A stretch of 64,000 bases of DNA. It comes from a virus (Duplodnaviria > Caudoviricetes). The stretch covers positions 1 to 64,000 of IMG/VR virus record IMGVR_UViG_3300028588_000015. One strand, written 5' to 3'. Shown piece after piece: positions 55,064-64,000 of the stretch (the stretch's first letter is position 1; each line of letters begins with the position of its first letter). Below the pieces are notes generated by a model. That model did no database searches and was not told the origin of the DNA. It saw only the letters and a program-made list of their open reading frames with translations. The translations under genes and the position numbers were made by a program.

Positions 55064-56488
55064 ATGTTGCAAAATCTGAATGCAGGTTCGGAATTGCACG
55101 CCGAACCGGAAGACGCGCAAGTAGACGTGATCGACCTGAACCAAGACAACGAGAGTTTCATCGCAATGGAAGCGGCTCTGGCCGATTTGATCGGTTTGTC
55201 GATCGACATCCGTGGCACTGGTGGCATGTCGCGCGGGTTCGCTATGGAAGCGCAGCGCATCATGCCCGAGGTGCTTTCCTCCCCGATCGGCTACTTCAGC
55301 GTATCGCCGAGCGCAACCCAATACCGCGTCTCGCTCGAAGAAATCGACAAAGGCGTCTGGGCGCTCATCATCGCCGGCGTGACCGTTGTCATCGGCGCCA
55401 TCTACAAAATCTGGAAGTGGCTCTCGGGCGACAAAGATGGTGATGGTAACGGCGCCACGGCTGCCGCCAAGTTCGAAGGTAAGGTCGAGGAAGTCAAAGC
55501 CACCAGCGAGGGCACGATGGAAATGGCCTCCGGCATGGTCGATGTCGGTCGTGAGGTGCGTTCCAACCCGATCCAGTTCCAAGGCAAGGACGGTACGGTG
55601 CGCTGGAACAGCATGGACCAACTCATCGACACGGTGTTCGTCAACGAAGATCGCTACGGGGAAGAAAAGAAGTTCTTCCTGACCCCGCGCCCAATCCACC
55701 GCGACATCGTCGAACATGGTCCCTACAGCAAGATGATCGAGCATCTGGCCAAAGGACATGTGTTCAGCAAAGTTGCCGAAGTCATCAAGCAAAAAATCAA
55801 GTTGCTCGAAGACATCGAACACCGTGACCGCAATGCGCAGGGACAGCAGGTGCCGGGTTTGAATAACGAACTCGACCAGATCGCCAAGCCGATCACGGTG
55901 CGTTACGAAGGCGCGGAAATGACCTTGCAGCAATTGGGGTCGAAATTGCGCGGCGCGCGGGAAGGGGCCGAGGCAACGAAAAACACGCATCGTCTGCACT
56001 ACGATGAAATGTACACCAAGGTCGGTAATGTCTACAAGAATAACGACTTGGTCGAATTGCTCAAGCAAGTGATCAACTACCTGCCGGTGCTCGACGAAAT
56101 GCGCCACGGCTTGGAAGCGACCCAGCGTTACGTCGGCGATGTCACCCAAGACGGCCAACCCGGCGGCAACTCACCACAGGTGGCGCAGCGTATCCGCGCC
56201 CTCATCACCTCCATGCACGACCAACTCGCGGGCTTTGCGGCGCTTGCCAACGAGATCGAGCATTACGTCCATCACTTCAAGAGCTTGTCGCAAACCGCCG
56301 CAGGCTTCGGTAAAGAGATCGTGCGTAAGGTGAGTATCCTGATGAAAGCGGCCGAAGTGGAAGAAATTCCGGTCGAGTGGAAAAAGATCGTCGCAGGTAT
56401 CGAAGCGGCGAACGAAGCCATGGAAAAGAGCCACTTCCCCAGTGGTGCCCATGCCCACAACTTGGCACGCGTCTGGCGTAATCGGTAA
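55064..56488 (+). CDS. Putative head/virion protein
   Basis: AME and SLE prohead-protease-type sites; SLEEI..G.W...I...I..IW.W pattern of phiKZ-like head proteins. Confidence 0.75.
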   Translation: MLQNLNAGSELHAEPEDAQVDVIDLNQDNESFIAMEAALADLIGLSIDIRGTGGMSRGFAMEAQRIMPEVLSSPIGYFSVSPSATQYRVSLEEIDKGVWALIIAGVTVVIGAIYKIWKWLSGDKDGDGNGATAAAKFEGKVEEVKATSEGTMEMASGMVDVGREVRSNPIQFQGKDGTVRWNSMDQLIDTVFVNEDRYGEEKKFFLTPRPIHRDIVEHGPYSKMIEHLAKGHVFSKVAEVIKQKIKLLEDIEHRDRNAQGQQVPGLNNELDQIAKPITVRYEGAEMTLQQLGSKLRGAREGAEATKNTHRLHYDEMYTKVGNVYKNNDLVELLKQVINYLPVLDEMRHGLEATQRYVGDVTQDGQPGGNSPQVAQRIRALITSMHDQLAGFAALANEIEHYVHHFKSLSQTAAGFGKEIVRKVSILMKAAEVEEIPVEWKKIVAGIEAANEAMEKSHFPSGAHAHNLARVWRNR

Positions 56489-56536
56489 TAAAACCCCCTG
56501 GCCTACCTTATGGTAACGCCAGGGGGTTTTATGCCG
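56489..56536. terminator. Bidirectional terminator with TTATGCCG flank
   Basis: TAAAACCCCCTGGC/GCCAGGGGGTTTTA. Confidence 0.8.
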
Positions 56537-56538
56537 CA

Positions 56539-59430
56539 TTATAGCAGTTCGAGTCGTTCGTACTCCACCGTCACTGATTCCTGGGTGAAGAGCGTGCCGT
56601 CCGGGAGTGCCACCAACACCTTACGCAAACTGCATCGGGTGGCGTTGTCAAGCACACGCAGGCTGGTCAGGTTATTGTCGCCACCCAAACCGGTCACTTT
56701 CATGTTGACAACATCGGTGCCGTACTGCAAAGACAATGCCGCCATGATCGCATTGTCCGACACGGTTTCTTCTTCCAGCAGTGCACTCAGGATTTTGATG
56801 GTGGTGGCCGTCAGTTGCTTTTTGAGTGCCTCATTGCGATACACTAGGTCAGGCACTTGCAGCCGCACCTTGAAGTCTTGCGCCGCTTCGATGGTCTTGG
56901 TTACCCCATCGCCCACGAGAACGTTGATCATTCCCATCGTGGTTTTCGGATAGAAGTAGATGCGGGTTTTGTCCAGCACTTTCTTCGAGATATCCGACAG
57001 ATCATCCACGAGCCAGCTGACCAGTTTCTTGGTCAATTCTTGGCGGTAGTTCACAGCACTCACGTCGGTAGCAAACCAGTACGTACCGTCGATCAAGAAC
57101 AAGTCAACCATCCGTCGCAGGCTGCGACTCACGACCGGAATCGGATTGTTGTTGGCGTCGAGTACCACGTCACCTTTACGGTGTTTATAGATGGGGTTGC
57201 CGTTGCCATCCAGTACCGGATCACCGCGCTGGTGGAGTACTTCCATCACGATTTGACCGTCGCCATCGAACGAGATGATCGAACCCGACGCATCGGCTTT
57301 GTACACATCGTTCTCGTAGTACATCTGTTCGTCGGTGGTGTATTTTTGGTAGACCACGCCTTCGGTGTAGCTGCGGCTGCGTGCCCACAGCGTTTTGAGG
57401 GCATCCCCGAATTTGATCTTCACCGTTTCATGTGTGACCCCGATGATGCTTTCCGGCAGATAGACACGGCCGAGTAAGGTGTCGATCGTGGCGGGTGACC
57501 ACTGCGCGTCCATTGGTTCGTCGACACTATAAAGGATGTCGAAGTTGGTGGTCAGCTCGGCGTTAGTGACTTTGTACTCGTTGCTGTACATCAGGAACGT
57601 GGTCAATTGCAGCAGGTTATCGCTGGTCACATTGAAGTTAGTGGCCAGGTCAAATTCGTAGACCCGTTCATTGTTGCCAGCCCGACCTAGGTACGTACCG
57701 TTCAGGTAGGCGCGGTCTTTCTCGCCATCGGGGATGTATGCCAGCTGAACGTATACCTTGCTATCGTCCAAGGCCAGGAAGGCTTCTGACGACGTGGTGA
57801 TAATTTGCAAGGTGTATCCATTGGCTGTGCGGAAGATACCGTACTTGGCGGTTGACACTTGGAGCAGGGTCGTGGGGTTTTCTTCCTCGAACGACTTGGT
57901 GACCGCCAGCGGCGCATCCAAGTAGTACGCCCGCATGTCAAATTCGTTACCACTGCTGTCCAGTACGTAGTGGAATGGCGTAAAACGCCACTTCGAACCA
58001 CTGACAGCCAGCGCCTGCTTTTCCGCGCTCATGCCCAAAATCGTATTGATTTCAGCTGCCGCCACAGGGGTCGTGATGCCGTTGTCTTGACGGTACAGCG
58101 TTTGCGGTGTGATGGTGATCGAATCGCCATTGTTGACCACGGTATCGAGCTGGGCCGCTTTCTCCATATCGATCGCAATGGTCTCGATACTGGCAGCGGC
58201 CGCAGTGATCAAGCGCTCATCCGACGGTGTCGGCATGCTCTTGGTGGCCAGGAACACGCGTTCAGTAATGTTATCCACTTCCAACACCACACCGTAACCG
58301 TTTTGTTCCAGCTTGGTTTCGATTTGTACAGTCGAGATCGGGTACTCGATTTCCCCGCCCGTGGAGTTCTTCATCACTCGTTGCCGCAAGACACTCAAAT
58401 CCAGTGCGGCCGAGCCACCGCTTGTGGTGCCGACCGAGTACGGAATCAACTGCTGGAAGCTCGCCATTGGCGCTGTGAAGACGGTGTCGTCACGTTTGTC
58501 GTAGTTGATCCACGTTGCTCCGAATTTGTCCGCCGGGTAGTTCGATAGGTCCAGATCGAGCGCGCCCATGGTCTCGTACATATCGACCCGCACTTTCTTG
58601 CTGTTCAAAATGGTACGGGTGTAGATTTGCGGGATGCGAACATTCAGCGCACCTGCTGCCACTTTCAATACGGCGGTCACGACAGTGGGATCATAAACTT
58701 GACTGGTGTGCGTGGTCGCGATCTCGGTCCAACCGTCAGCAGTCTCCACGTAAACGCGGGCGTAGTAAAACGACTGTTTGAGGGGCATCGCCATCGAAAA
58801 CTCTTTACCGCGCGAGATGTCGTCTTGTTTGCTCTCGATGCTGAATTGCTGCACGTCGAACGACAGCCGCACCCAACGCACCCCGCCGTCGCCTTCTGCG
58901 TATTCCCAGTCCACCTGATTGGTGGCAAGGGTTTGTAGGGGCGATGGTTTCGAGACATCGTACACCACGCGCAAGCCTTCGTGTTGCAGCTGGCGAATCT
59001 CGATGGGGTACTGCAAGGAGAAGATATACCCTGCTGCCGTGAAGAACGAATTGCGTGGGATTACGACCTTACGGCTTTTGGTCGATGGTTCCTCGACCAT
59101 GCGGTTAAGCAATTCGTCTTCGGCAATCAGAATACTGAAACGTGCCGTACTCGGTGCGGCAAAGCGACCCACGTAATCTTTATCCGACATGTGGAGGTAC
59201 AGGTCGTTTTCTGTTTGTGCCAACTGCGGATACAGCTTACGCATGACCGACTCGTGCTGATCCATGAACGCCGTGTACGTGCAGGCCACCGACTCCATGA
59301 GTTGCACCACCGGGTTGGTGGGGTCTACATAGTTGGCGTCTTTGACCAGTGCCAAGAGGTCCCGCTGTACACGAGTGGGGTCGTACTGGTATGCGATCAA
59401 GTTCGCCACAATGGTATCACGGCTACTCAT
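56539..59430 (-). CDS. Large virion structural protein (baseplate wedge-like, gp87 position)
   Basis: 963 aa; DPTNPVVQLME..LYP.LA.T..DLY.HMSDKDYVGRFA.P pattern of phiKZ-like structural proteins. Confidence 0.75.
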   Translation of the reverse strand: MSSRDTIVANLIAYQYDPTRVQRDLLALVKDANYVDPTNPVVQLMESVACTYTAFMDQHESVMRKLYPQLAQTENDLYLHMSDKDYVGRFAAPSTARFSILIAEDELLNRMVEEPSTKSRKVVIPRNSFFTAAGYIFSLQYPIEIRQLQHEGLRVVYDVSKPSPLQTLATNQVDWEYAEGDGGVRWVRLSFDVQQFSIESKQDDISRGKEFSMAMPLKQSFYYARVYVETADGWTEIATTHTSQVYDPTVVTAVLKVAAGALNVRIPQIYTRTILNSKKVRVDMYETMGALDLDLSNYPADKFGATWINYDKRDDTVFTAPMASFQQLIPYSVGTTSGGSAALDLSVLRQRVMKNSTGGEIEYPISTVQIETKLEQNGYGVVLEVDNITERVFLATKSMPTPSDERLITAAAASIETIAIDMEKAAQLDTVVNNGDSITITPQTLYRQDNGITTPVAAAEINTILGMSAEKQALAVSGSKWRFTPFHYVLDSSGNEFDMRAYYLDAPLAVTKSFEEENPTTLLQVSTAKYGIFRTANGYTLQIITTSSEAFLALDDSKVYVQLAYIPDGEKDRAYLNGTYLGRAGNNERVYEFDLATNFNVTSDNLLQLTTFLMYSNEYKVTNAELTTNFDILYSVDEPMDAQWSPATIDTLLGRVYLPESIIGVTHETVKIKFGDALKTLWARSRSYTEGVVYQKYTTDEQMYYENDVYKADASGSIISFDGDGQIVMEVLHQRGDPVLDGNGNPIYKHRKGDVVLDANNNPIPVVSRSLRRMVDLFLIDGTYWFATDVSAVNYRQELTKKLVSWLVDDLSDISKKVLDKTRIYFYPKTTMGMINVLVGDGVTKTIEAAQDFKVRLQVPDLVYRNEALKKQLTATTIKILSALLEEETVSDNAIMAALSLQYGTDVVNMKVTGLGGDNNLTSLRVLDNATRCSLRKVLVALPDGTLFTQESVTVEYERLELL

Positions 59431-60515
59431 TTCGTTCTCCGTTTCAATTGATCCAAGTAAATTGCCATTTTCTGGTTGTAGATGTCATTGGGTACCCACC
59501 ATTCCAAATCCCTGGTCTCGGGATTGATCCGTGGATAACCTCGGTTATTGAAGATACTCAGGAATTCAATGTCGACCAGTTTATACATACTGCTACGGTA
59601 CTGGTTGCGCATCGTGTCATTGAACAGTTGCACAGTGCGGTTAAATTCATGGATCAGGAGTGGGTCTTCGTACATCGCACCCACAGCGCGGAAGTTCACC
59701 GAGATTGTGTCGAATGCATTGTTGATCGGCGACTCGGCTGAGAAGTTAAACAAGGCGCCCATCGGTGCTGAACTGGGGATTGCGGCGCCACAGGCCGAGA
59801 TCGCTTGGACCTTGGTTTTGGTGACGTCCAAAACCAAACGGTAGATGCGCGTTTGGTAGTCGATTTCGTTTTCGATGATGTGCTCAAAATAGGGCACCAA
59901 GATGCCTTGATAGATGAGCGACATGTAGTGAATCCATGCGAAGAATAACAGTATGATAGGACTGCCAGGCATGTTGCGGAAATCGGCCGTAATATCGTAT
60001 GCTGAATAGTCCTGCGCAACGCTATCGACCATCATCCAGGTTTGTTTGTATGCGCCGTCTGGTGCCACATAGGTGTCGGCTTTCAAATCCGGCCACCCAC
60101 TCATGGACGTGAGGTTATTGGTCAGTAACGGCAGGAACGCTTGCTGGTTGTCAATGAACGGGCAGCGAATGCCCTTCTTGACCAACTCCCGGTCCAACAT
60201 GTTACGAATAGCGCGCTGGACGCTTTCTTCTTTTGTTGTCAACAACGGCGTCAGTTGCCGAGAGTTGTTGAGGTTCTCGGTGGTGAGGTTAAAGTGCGGC
60301 CGCGTGAAGAACGTCAAGCCGTGAAAATCTTTGTTGATCGGCGTGGCAGCAGGTGTCTGGCGGTGGTTAATACCGTAGAAACTGTTACCGATCGCCGCAT
60401 CGATCTCGCCCAGTGACGTTGTTTGAAAAACTTGGTTGATCGCTTCTGGAATAGAATCGTAATTGATCTTTTGAATGATCTCTGCGATATCGAATTTGTT
60501 AGCACTATCGGCCAT
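59427..60515 (-). CDS. Virion structural protein (gp88 position)
   Basis: 362 aa, coupled to the 963-aa gene; GLTFFTRPHFNL. Confidence 0.7.
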   Translation of the reverse strand: MADSANKFDIAEIIQKINYDSIPEAINQVFQTTSLGEIDAAIGNSFYGINHRQTPAATPINKDFHGLTFFTRPHFNLTTENLNNSRQLTPLLTTKEESVQRAIRNMLDRELVKKGIRCPFIDNQQAFLPLLTNNLTSMSGWPDLKADTYVAPDGAYKQTWMMVDSVAQDYSAYDITADFRNMPGSPIILLFFAWIHYMSLIYQGILVPYFEHIIENEIDYQTRIYRLVLDVTKTKVQAISACGAAIPSSAPMGALFNFSAESPINNAFDTISVNFRAVGAMYEDPLLIHEFNRTVQLFNDTMRNQYRSSMYKLVDIEFLSIFNNRGYPRINPETRDLEWWVPNDIYNQKMAIYLDQLKRRTK

Positions 60516-60544
60516 CTAAAACCCCATGTAAAAGGAAACGAAAT

Positions 60545-61627
60545 ATGTCAGATTCTCCGACCTTGCTTGCGTTTGTGCGCAAGATCCAGGACCTGTGGCG
60601 CGCCGGTAAGTCCGACTCGCTGATCGACTACACGCAAGAGTCGCGGGTCGAACCGAAGGTGCTCATCGGTACCGACGTGCTCTACAGCGAAATGCTGCCG
60701 GATGTGATGCAGTCCGAGTTGTCCCAGTTCGCGGCGCTGTACTTGCAAGGCATCGCGATCTCGATGACGGTCGGCAACATCGAAGTCCAGCGCACTCTGT
60801 CCAAGCTGAACCCGAAACGCAGTGTGGCCGATGCCGCCGCCGACTCGGCTGGCTGGCTCATGGCCCAGGAAAACTACCAGTATCGTCTGCCGACCCCGGA
60901 AGCCAAAATGGCTCTGGAAGCCGTCAACGACCGTCTCGGCGAAGCGCAAACCTTCCAAGTGCACCGCGACACCAATCGCGAGATCAAAGAGCTGAGCAAT
61001 CTGTCGGTGGGTAAACTGCTGATGGTGGAAGTCGGCGACGGCCTGCACAAAGCCACCATCCCAGTCGCGGTTCGGCTGGAGGCGACAAGCCTCCCAACTG
61101 AGCGACTGGCTCATATCTTAGCGATCGGCGCCAAGGACATCAGCGTGAAAGAGCGCTGGAAGCAAGTCACTTACGGCGAAATTGAGATGATGCGTGACTT
61201 CATCCTCAACACCGATCTGGTCGAAGAACACCGCAAAAACCTGAAGGCTGACACCGACGGCGTCTACGCGGAACTGCTGGCCCGCCGCCGCGGCAACCAA
61301 CTGTCCGCGATCGTCTCGGCCAACCCATCGGTCGCCACCGCGTCGAACATCGCGATCATCTCGCGTGAAACCGCCAACCAGCTGGAAATGCTGGTCAACG
61401 GTAAACTGTCGAACCCGAAGGTGCGTGAAAACATCTTCCGCGACAAGTCGCTCATGAAGCTGACCATCATCGACCAAGCCGACTCGCGCGTGACGTTCTA
61501 CTCGCGCGGTATCGCCCACGGCACCGAAGTCGGTATCCGTGACCTGCGTGATTCGAACAAAGGTAGCGGCCCGAACGTGTCAGACATTTTAAGAGCGTAT
61601 CAGCTTGGGAATAGTCCGATGTTGTAA
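60545..61627 (+). CDS. Virion/head protein (gp89 position)
   Basis: 360 aa, AAGGA RBS, internal ALE site, high-expression codons. Confidence 0.75.
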   Translation: MSDSPTLLAFVRKIQDLWRAGKSDSLIDYTQESRVEPKVLIGTDVLYSEMLPDVMQSELSQFAALYLQGIAISMTVGNIEVQRTLSKLNPKRSVADAAADSAGWLMAQENYQYRLPTPEAKMALEAVNDRLGEAQTFQVHRDTNREIKELSNLSVGKLLMVEVGDGLHKATIPVAVRLEATSLPTERLAHILAIGAKDISVKERWKQVTYGEIEMMRDFILNTDLVEEHRKNLKADTDGVYAELLARRRGNQLSAIVSANPSVATASNIAIISRETANQLEMLVNGKLSNPKVRENIFRDKSLMKLTIIDQADSRVTFYSRGIAHGTEVGIRDLRDSNKGSGPNVSDILRAYQLGNSPML

Positions 61628-61678
61628 AATCGAACCTGATTTAAGTAAATCCTATCTTATCTTAAAGGCTATTCACCC

Positions 61679-62581
61679 ATGTCCATGAAAAAATTCAGCG
61701 ACTTTCTCGCGTCGCTGCTGCCCAACTTCGACAAAGACCGTGTCCTCGAAGACATCCGTCTGCGTCGGGGCGAGATCAAAGAGACCACCCGGCCGGCCTA
61801 CGAAGGCGCCGCGCCATTCCTGGCTCGCTGGGACGTCAAGTCCAAGGAAGTGAAAGACCTGCAAACGGCTTTCCAGCGCGTGACGCATTCGCGTGACAAC
61901 ATGTTCACGCACATCCACAAAGCCTTCCCGGCGATCCTCGAGAACCTCGAAGAAGTCGAACGCCTCGTGGAAACCGTCTACAACGAAGACGTTGCCAGTG
62001 CCGGCCTGTCGTACCTGAAGGCCAACCTGCTGCAATTCGTCGAATGCACGGGCTTCGTGGCGCGTTACGCTCGTAAGCTCCTGTCCTACGTGTTCATCCA
62101 CGAGACCGGCGAATACGAACAAGGCGGCACTAACATCGCCGAAAGCCTGACCCCGTACGAACGCGGCTACGTCGAAGCGAACTTCGCCAACTTCTGCCAA
62201 GCACTGGTGGCGATCTCGGGCAACCCTGCCAACGTCAAACACGCCCTGAAGGAAGTGCCGGATGTCGTGATCACCAACGACAACGTCAGTTCGCTGGCCA
62301 AGACGATGGGCGAAGACAAACTCGATCCGCTCGACATGCGTTTCATCACGGGTGTCTGGTCGCCGATCTACCACATCCGCATGTTCGTGGCGGAATACCA
62401 AGATGCGCGCTACAAAGAAGCCAAGGAAGAACTGGCTACCCTGCAACTGCGTCAACTGAATCTGGAACAGACGAAAGCCGGTAAACCCGATGCCGCTGTT
62501 CAGAAAAAGATCGACGCCCTCGAGCGCCGCATCCAAGATCAGACGGTCAAGATCAAGCGCATGGAGGAAGACAATGGCTAA
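61679..62581 (+). CDS. Virion/head protein (gp90 position)
   Basis: 300 aa, high-expression codons, synteny. Confidence 0.75.
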   Translation: MSMKKFSDFLASLLPNFDKDRVLEDIRLRRGEIKETTRPAYEGAAPFLARWDVKSKEVKDLQTAFQRVTHSRDNMFTHIHKAFPAILENLEEVERLVETVYNEDVASAGLSYLKANLLQFVECTGFVARYARKLLSYVFIHETGEYEQGGTNIAESLTPYERGYVEANFANFCQALVAISGNPANVKHALKEVPDVVITNDNVSSLAKTMGEDKLDPLDMRFITGVWSPIYHIRMFVAEYQDARYKEAKEELATLQLRQLNLEQTKAGKPDAAVQKKIDALERRIQDQTVKIKRMEEDNG

Positions 62582-63176
62582 GACTCGCCCTGGCTGGCGG
62601 CTCTACCCACGTGGTTTCATTGGCGGTATTCCTGCCACCAAGATGGAAAAGATGGAACCACGCGTGACAAGCTTCTCGCATGAGCAAGGCCGTATTGTTG
62701 TGTCCCAGCCTGGCGACAGTGAACTGTGTGTCAACGACAATATCGAGTACTTGTATGCGACATACATCAAGTGCTCCGGCCAAGTCACCACACTGGAATA
62801 CCGCGACAAGATTCTGAAGGCAGCGCTGATCGCGTTCGGGACGATGTCGTTCTTCCGTTGGTACACCGAACAACGCGTCAGTCCCGGCATGGGCGACTTG
62901 CAGTATCGTTTCCTGGCCGACACCCTGCGCTTCATCCAGGGCGGACGCCGGATGGTGGACATTCAGATGTGGGAAACCATTCTGACCGCTACCCAGGCCA
63001 CTGACGTGAATAAGAATTACGTCGAGGCCTGCTACGATTTCTTCGGCGCCTACCCGACTGATTTCAAACCGCAGACCAATGACCGCCTTATCGACGTCAT
63101 TCAAATGTGGTGCAGCCGCCCGAATGGTATTGAAGATTTGCTGCAATCTCTTCACTTATTGTTTGGGAACCCGTAA
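62574..63176 (+). CDS. Putative virion protein
   Basis: ATG at 62574 after GGAGG, overlapping the upstream stop. Confidence 0.7.
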   Translation: MAKTRPGWRLYPRGFIGGIPATKMEKMEPRVTSFSHEQGRIVVSQPGDSELCVNDNIEYLYATYIKCSGQVTTLEYRDKILKAALIAFGTMSFFRWYTEQRVSPGMGDLQYRFLADTLRFIQGGRRMVDIQMWETILTATQATDVNKNYVEACYDFFGAYPTDFKPQTNDRLIDVIQMWCSRPNGIEDLLQSLHLLFGNP

Positions 63177-63295
63177 TTCACGGCGACCGCCGTTATTAAA
63201 TAGTATAGTGGCCTTTTAACTGGTCATGAATTTACTCGCGAGTAAAGTCTCTACTATCCCACTCCAAATTACCCTATTGCAATAGGAGCTTCACA

Positions 63296-64000
63296 ATGCG
63301 TAAACTCGGAATCATCTCCCTGGAAAACGAGGGCGAATCCCAACTGGAAGGCGGCGGCGAAGGCGTCGTCGAAGACAACGCGAACTCGGCGGAAACCGCC
63401 ATGCTGGAAGTGGCCGACAGCGAAGCCGAAGGTGCCGAAGGCGATGCCGCCGTCGACGAAGCCGTCGAAGCCGTGTCCTCGCTCGAAGCCTACTGCGTCG
63501 CCCTGGAAGCAGCCAACGCCACCGGCGGCCTGACCCGCGAAGGCGCCGCCGTCATGAACATCGGCCTGGAACACATCTACAGCCAACTGGGCTTCCGCAA
63601 GGAAGACACCAAGGTCGTGTCGATGGAAAACTTCGGCCAAGCATCGTCGCGTGCCAACGCCACCCAGATCGCCATGGAAAGCGTGAAGGACAAGCTAAAG
63701 GAAATCTGGGCGGCCATCATCGCGCACATCAAGAAAGCGATCGAATGGGTCAAGGGCCACTTCAACAAGATTTTCGGCACCGCCGAGCGTCTCCAGAAGC
63801 GCGCCAAGGCCCTGTCCCAAGCGGCCGGCTCGGCCAACGTCAGCGGCCAACCGAAAGAAAAGACCTTCGAAAACGAGCGTCTGGTCAAGGCCCTGCACAT
63901 CAACGGCGCCATCCCGGCGGACCTGCCGAAAGAGCTGACCAAGATCAAGACCGTTGCCGACAACGTGTTCACCCAGATCGCCGACTTCAACGGCAAGGGC
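63296..64000 (+). CDS. Inner-head protein (phiKZ gp93 family), runs off the window end
   Basis: Manual translation MRKLGIISLENEGE..SSLE..ALE..SME..AMESVKDKLKEIWAAII; acidic propeptide with multiple S/A-X-E sites; AGGAG RBS. Confidence 0.8.
   Translation, partial: MRKLGIISLENEGESQLEGGGEGVVEDNANSAETAMLEVADSEAEGAEGDAAVDEAVEAVSSLEAYCVALEAANATGGLTREGAAVMNIGLEHIYSQLGFRKEDTKVVSMENFGQASSRANATQIAMESVKDKLKEIWAAIIAHIKKAIEWVKGHFNKIFGTAERLQKRAKALSQAAGSANVSGQPKEKTFENERLVKALHINGAIPADLPKELTKIKTVADNVFTQIADFNGKG

Noticed and set aside
53361-56158. Antisense ORFs of 379 and 537 aa over structural genes
   Set aside because: Codon-bias shadows, V/D/G/L-rich as expected from reversed C-ending codons
622-56536. 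Octamer-hairpin modules as integron attC sites
   Set aside because: They lack the RYYYAAC/GTTRRRY cores and no integrase is present in the window; kept only as a loose analogy

Overview
Left-hand 64 kb of a phiKZ-like, nucleus-forming jumbo phage (Chimalliviridae). The window has the family's core gene order: PhuZ tubulin (7.6-8.6 kb); the C-terminal half of a split family-B DNA polymerase (13.6-15.8 kb); chimallin, the nuclear shell protein (18.0-19.9 kb); non-virion RNA polymerase subunits (beta'-N with NADFDGD, a sigma-like subunit, beta-C, beta'-C); an SbcD nuclease, SSB-like protein, PicA-position import factor and SF2 helicase; a virion RNAP beta' subunit followed by a free-standing HNH endonuclease; the exonuclease half of the DNA polymerase; and a virion/baseplate/inner-head block running off the right end. 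phiKZ gp-number equivalences come from recalled motifs and synteny, not from a database search. The host cannot be determined from this window. The most striking unexplained signals are non-coding. (1) A ~730-nt, heavily base-paired RNA directly after phuZ, ending in a 107-nt tRNA-Leu-like domain whose anticodon loop is replaced by a structured insert. (2) A ~300-nt terminated sRNA candidate upstream of the DNA polymerase with two 13-nt anti-Shine-Dalgarno-like loops, one perfectly complementary over 14 nt to the RBS of the nvRNAP beta gene. (3) A recurring CGGCATAA-hairpin-TTATGCCG module at gene boundaries. (4) A CACATAT-N7-GTG promoter-like motif. Accessory genes include an unannotated Rmf/CrpP-like microprotein, a sigma70 region-4-like protein, a DarG-like macrodomain, an Ntn-hydrolase and an apparently inactive muramidase.
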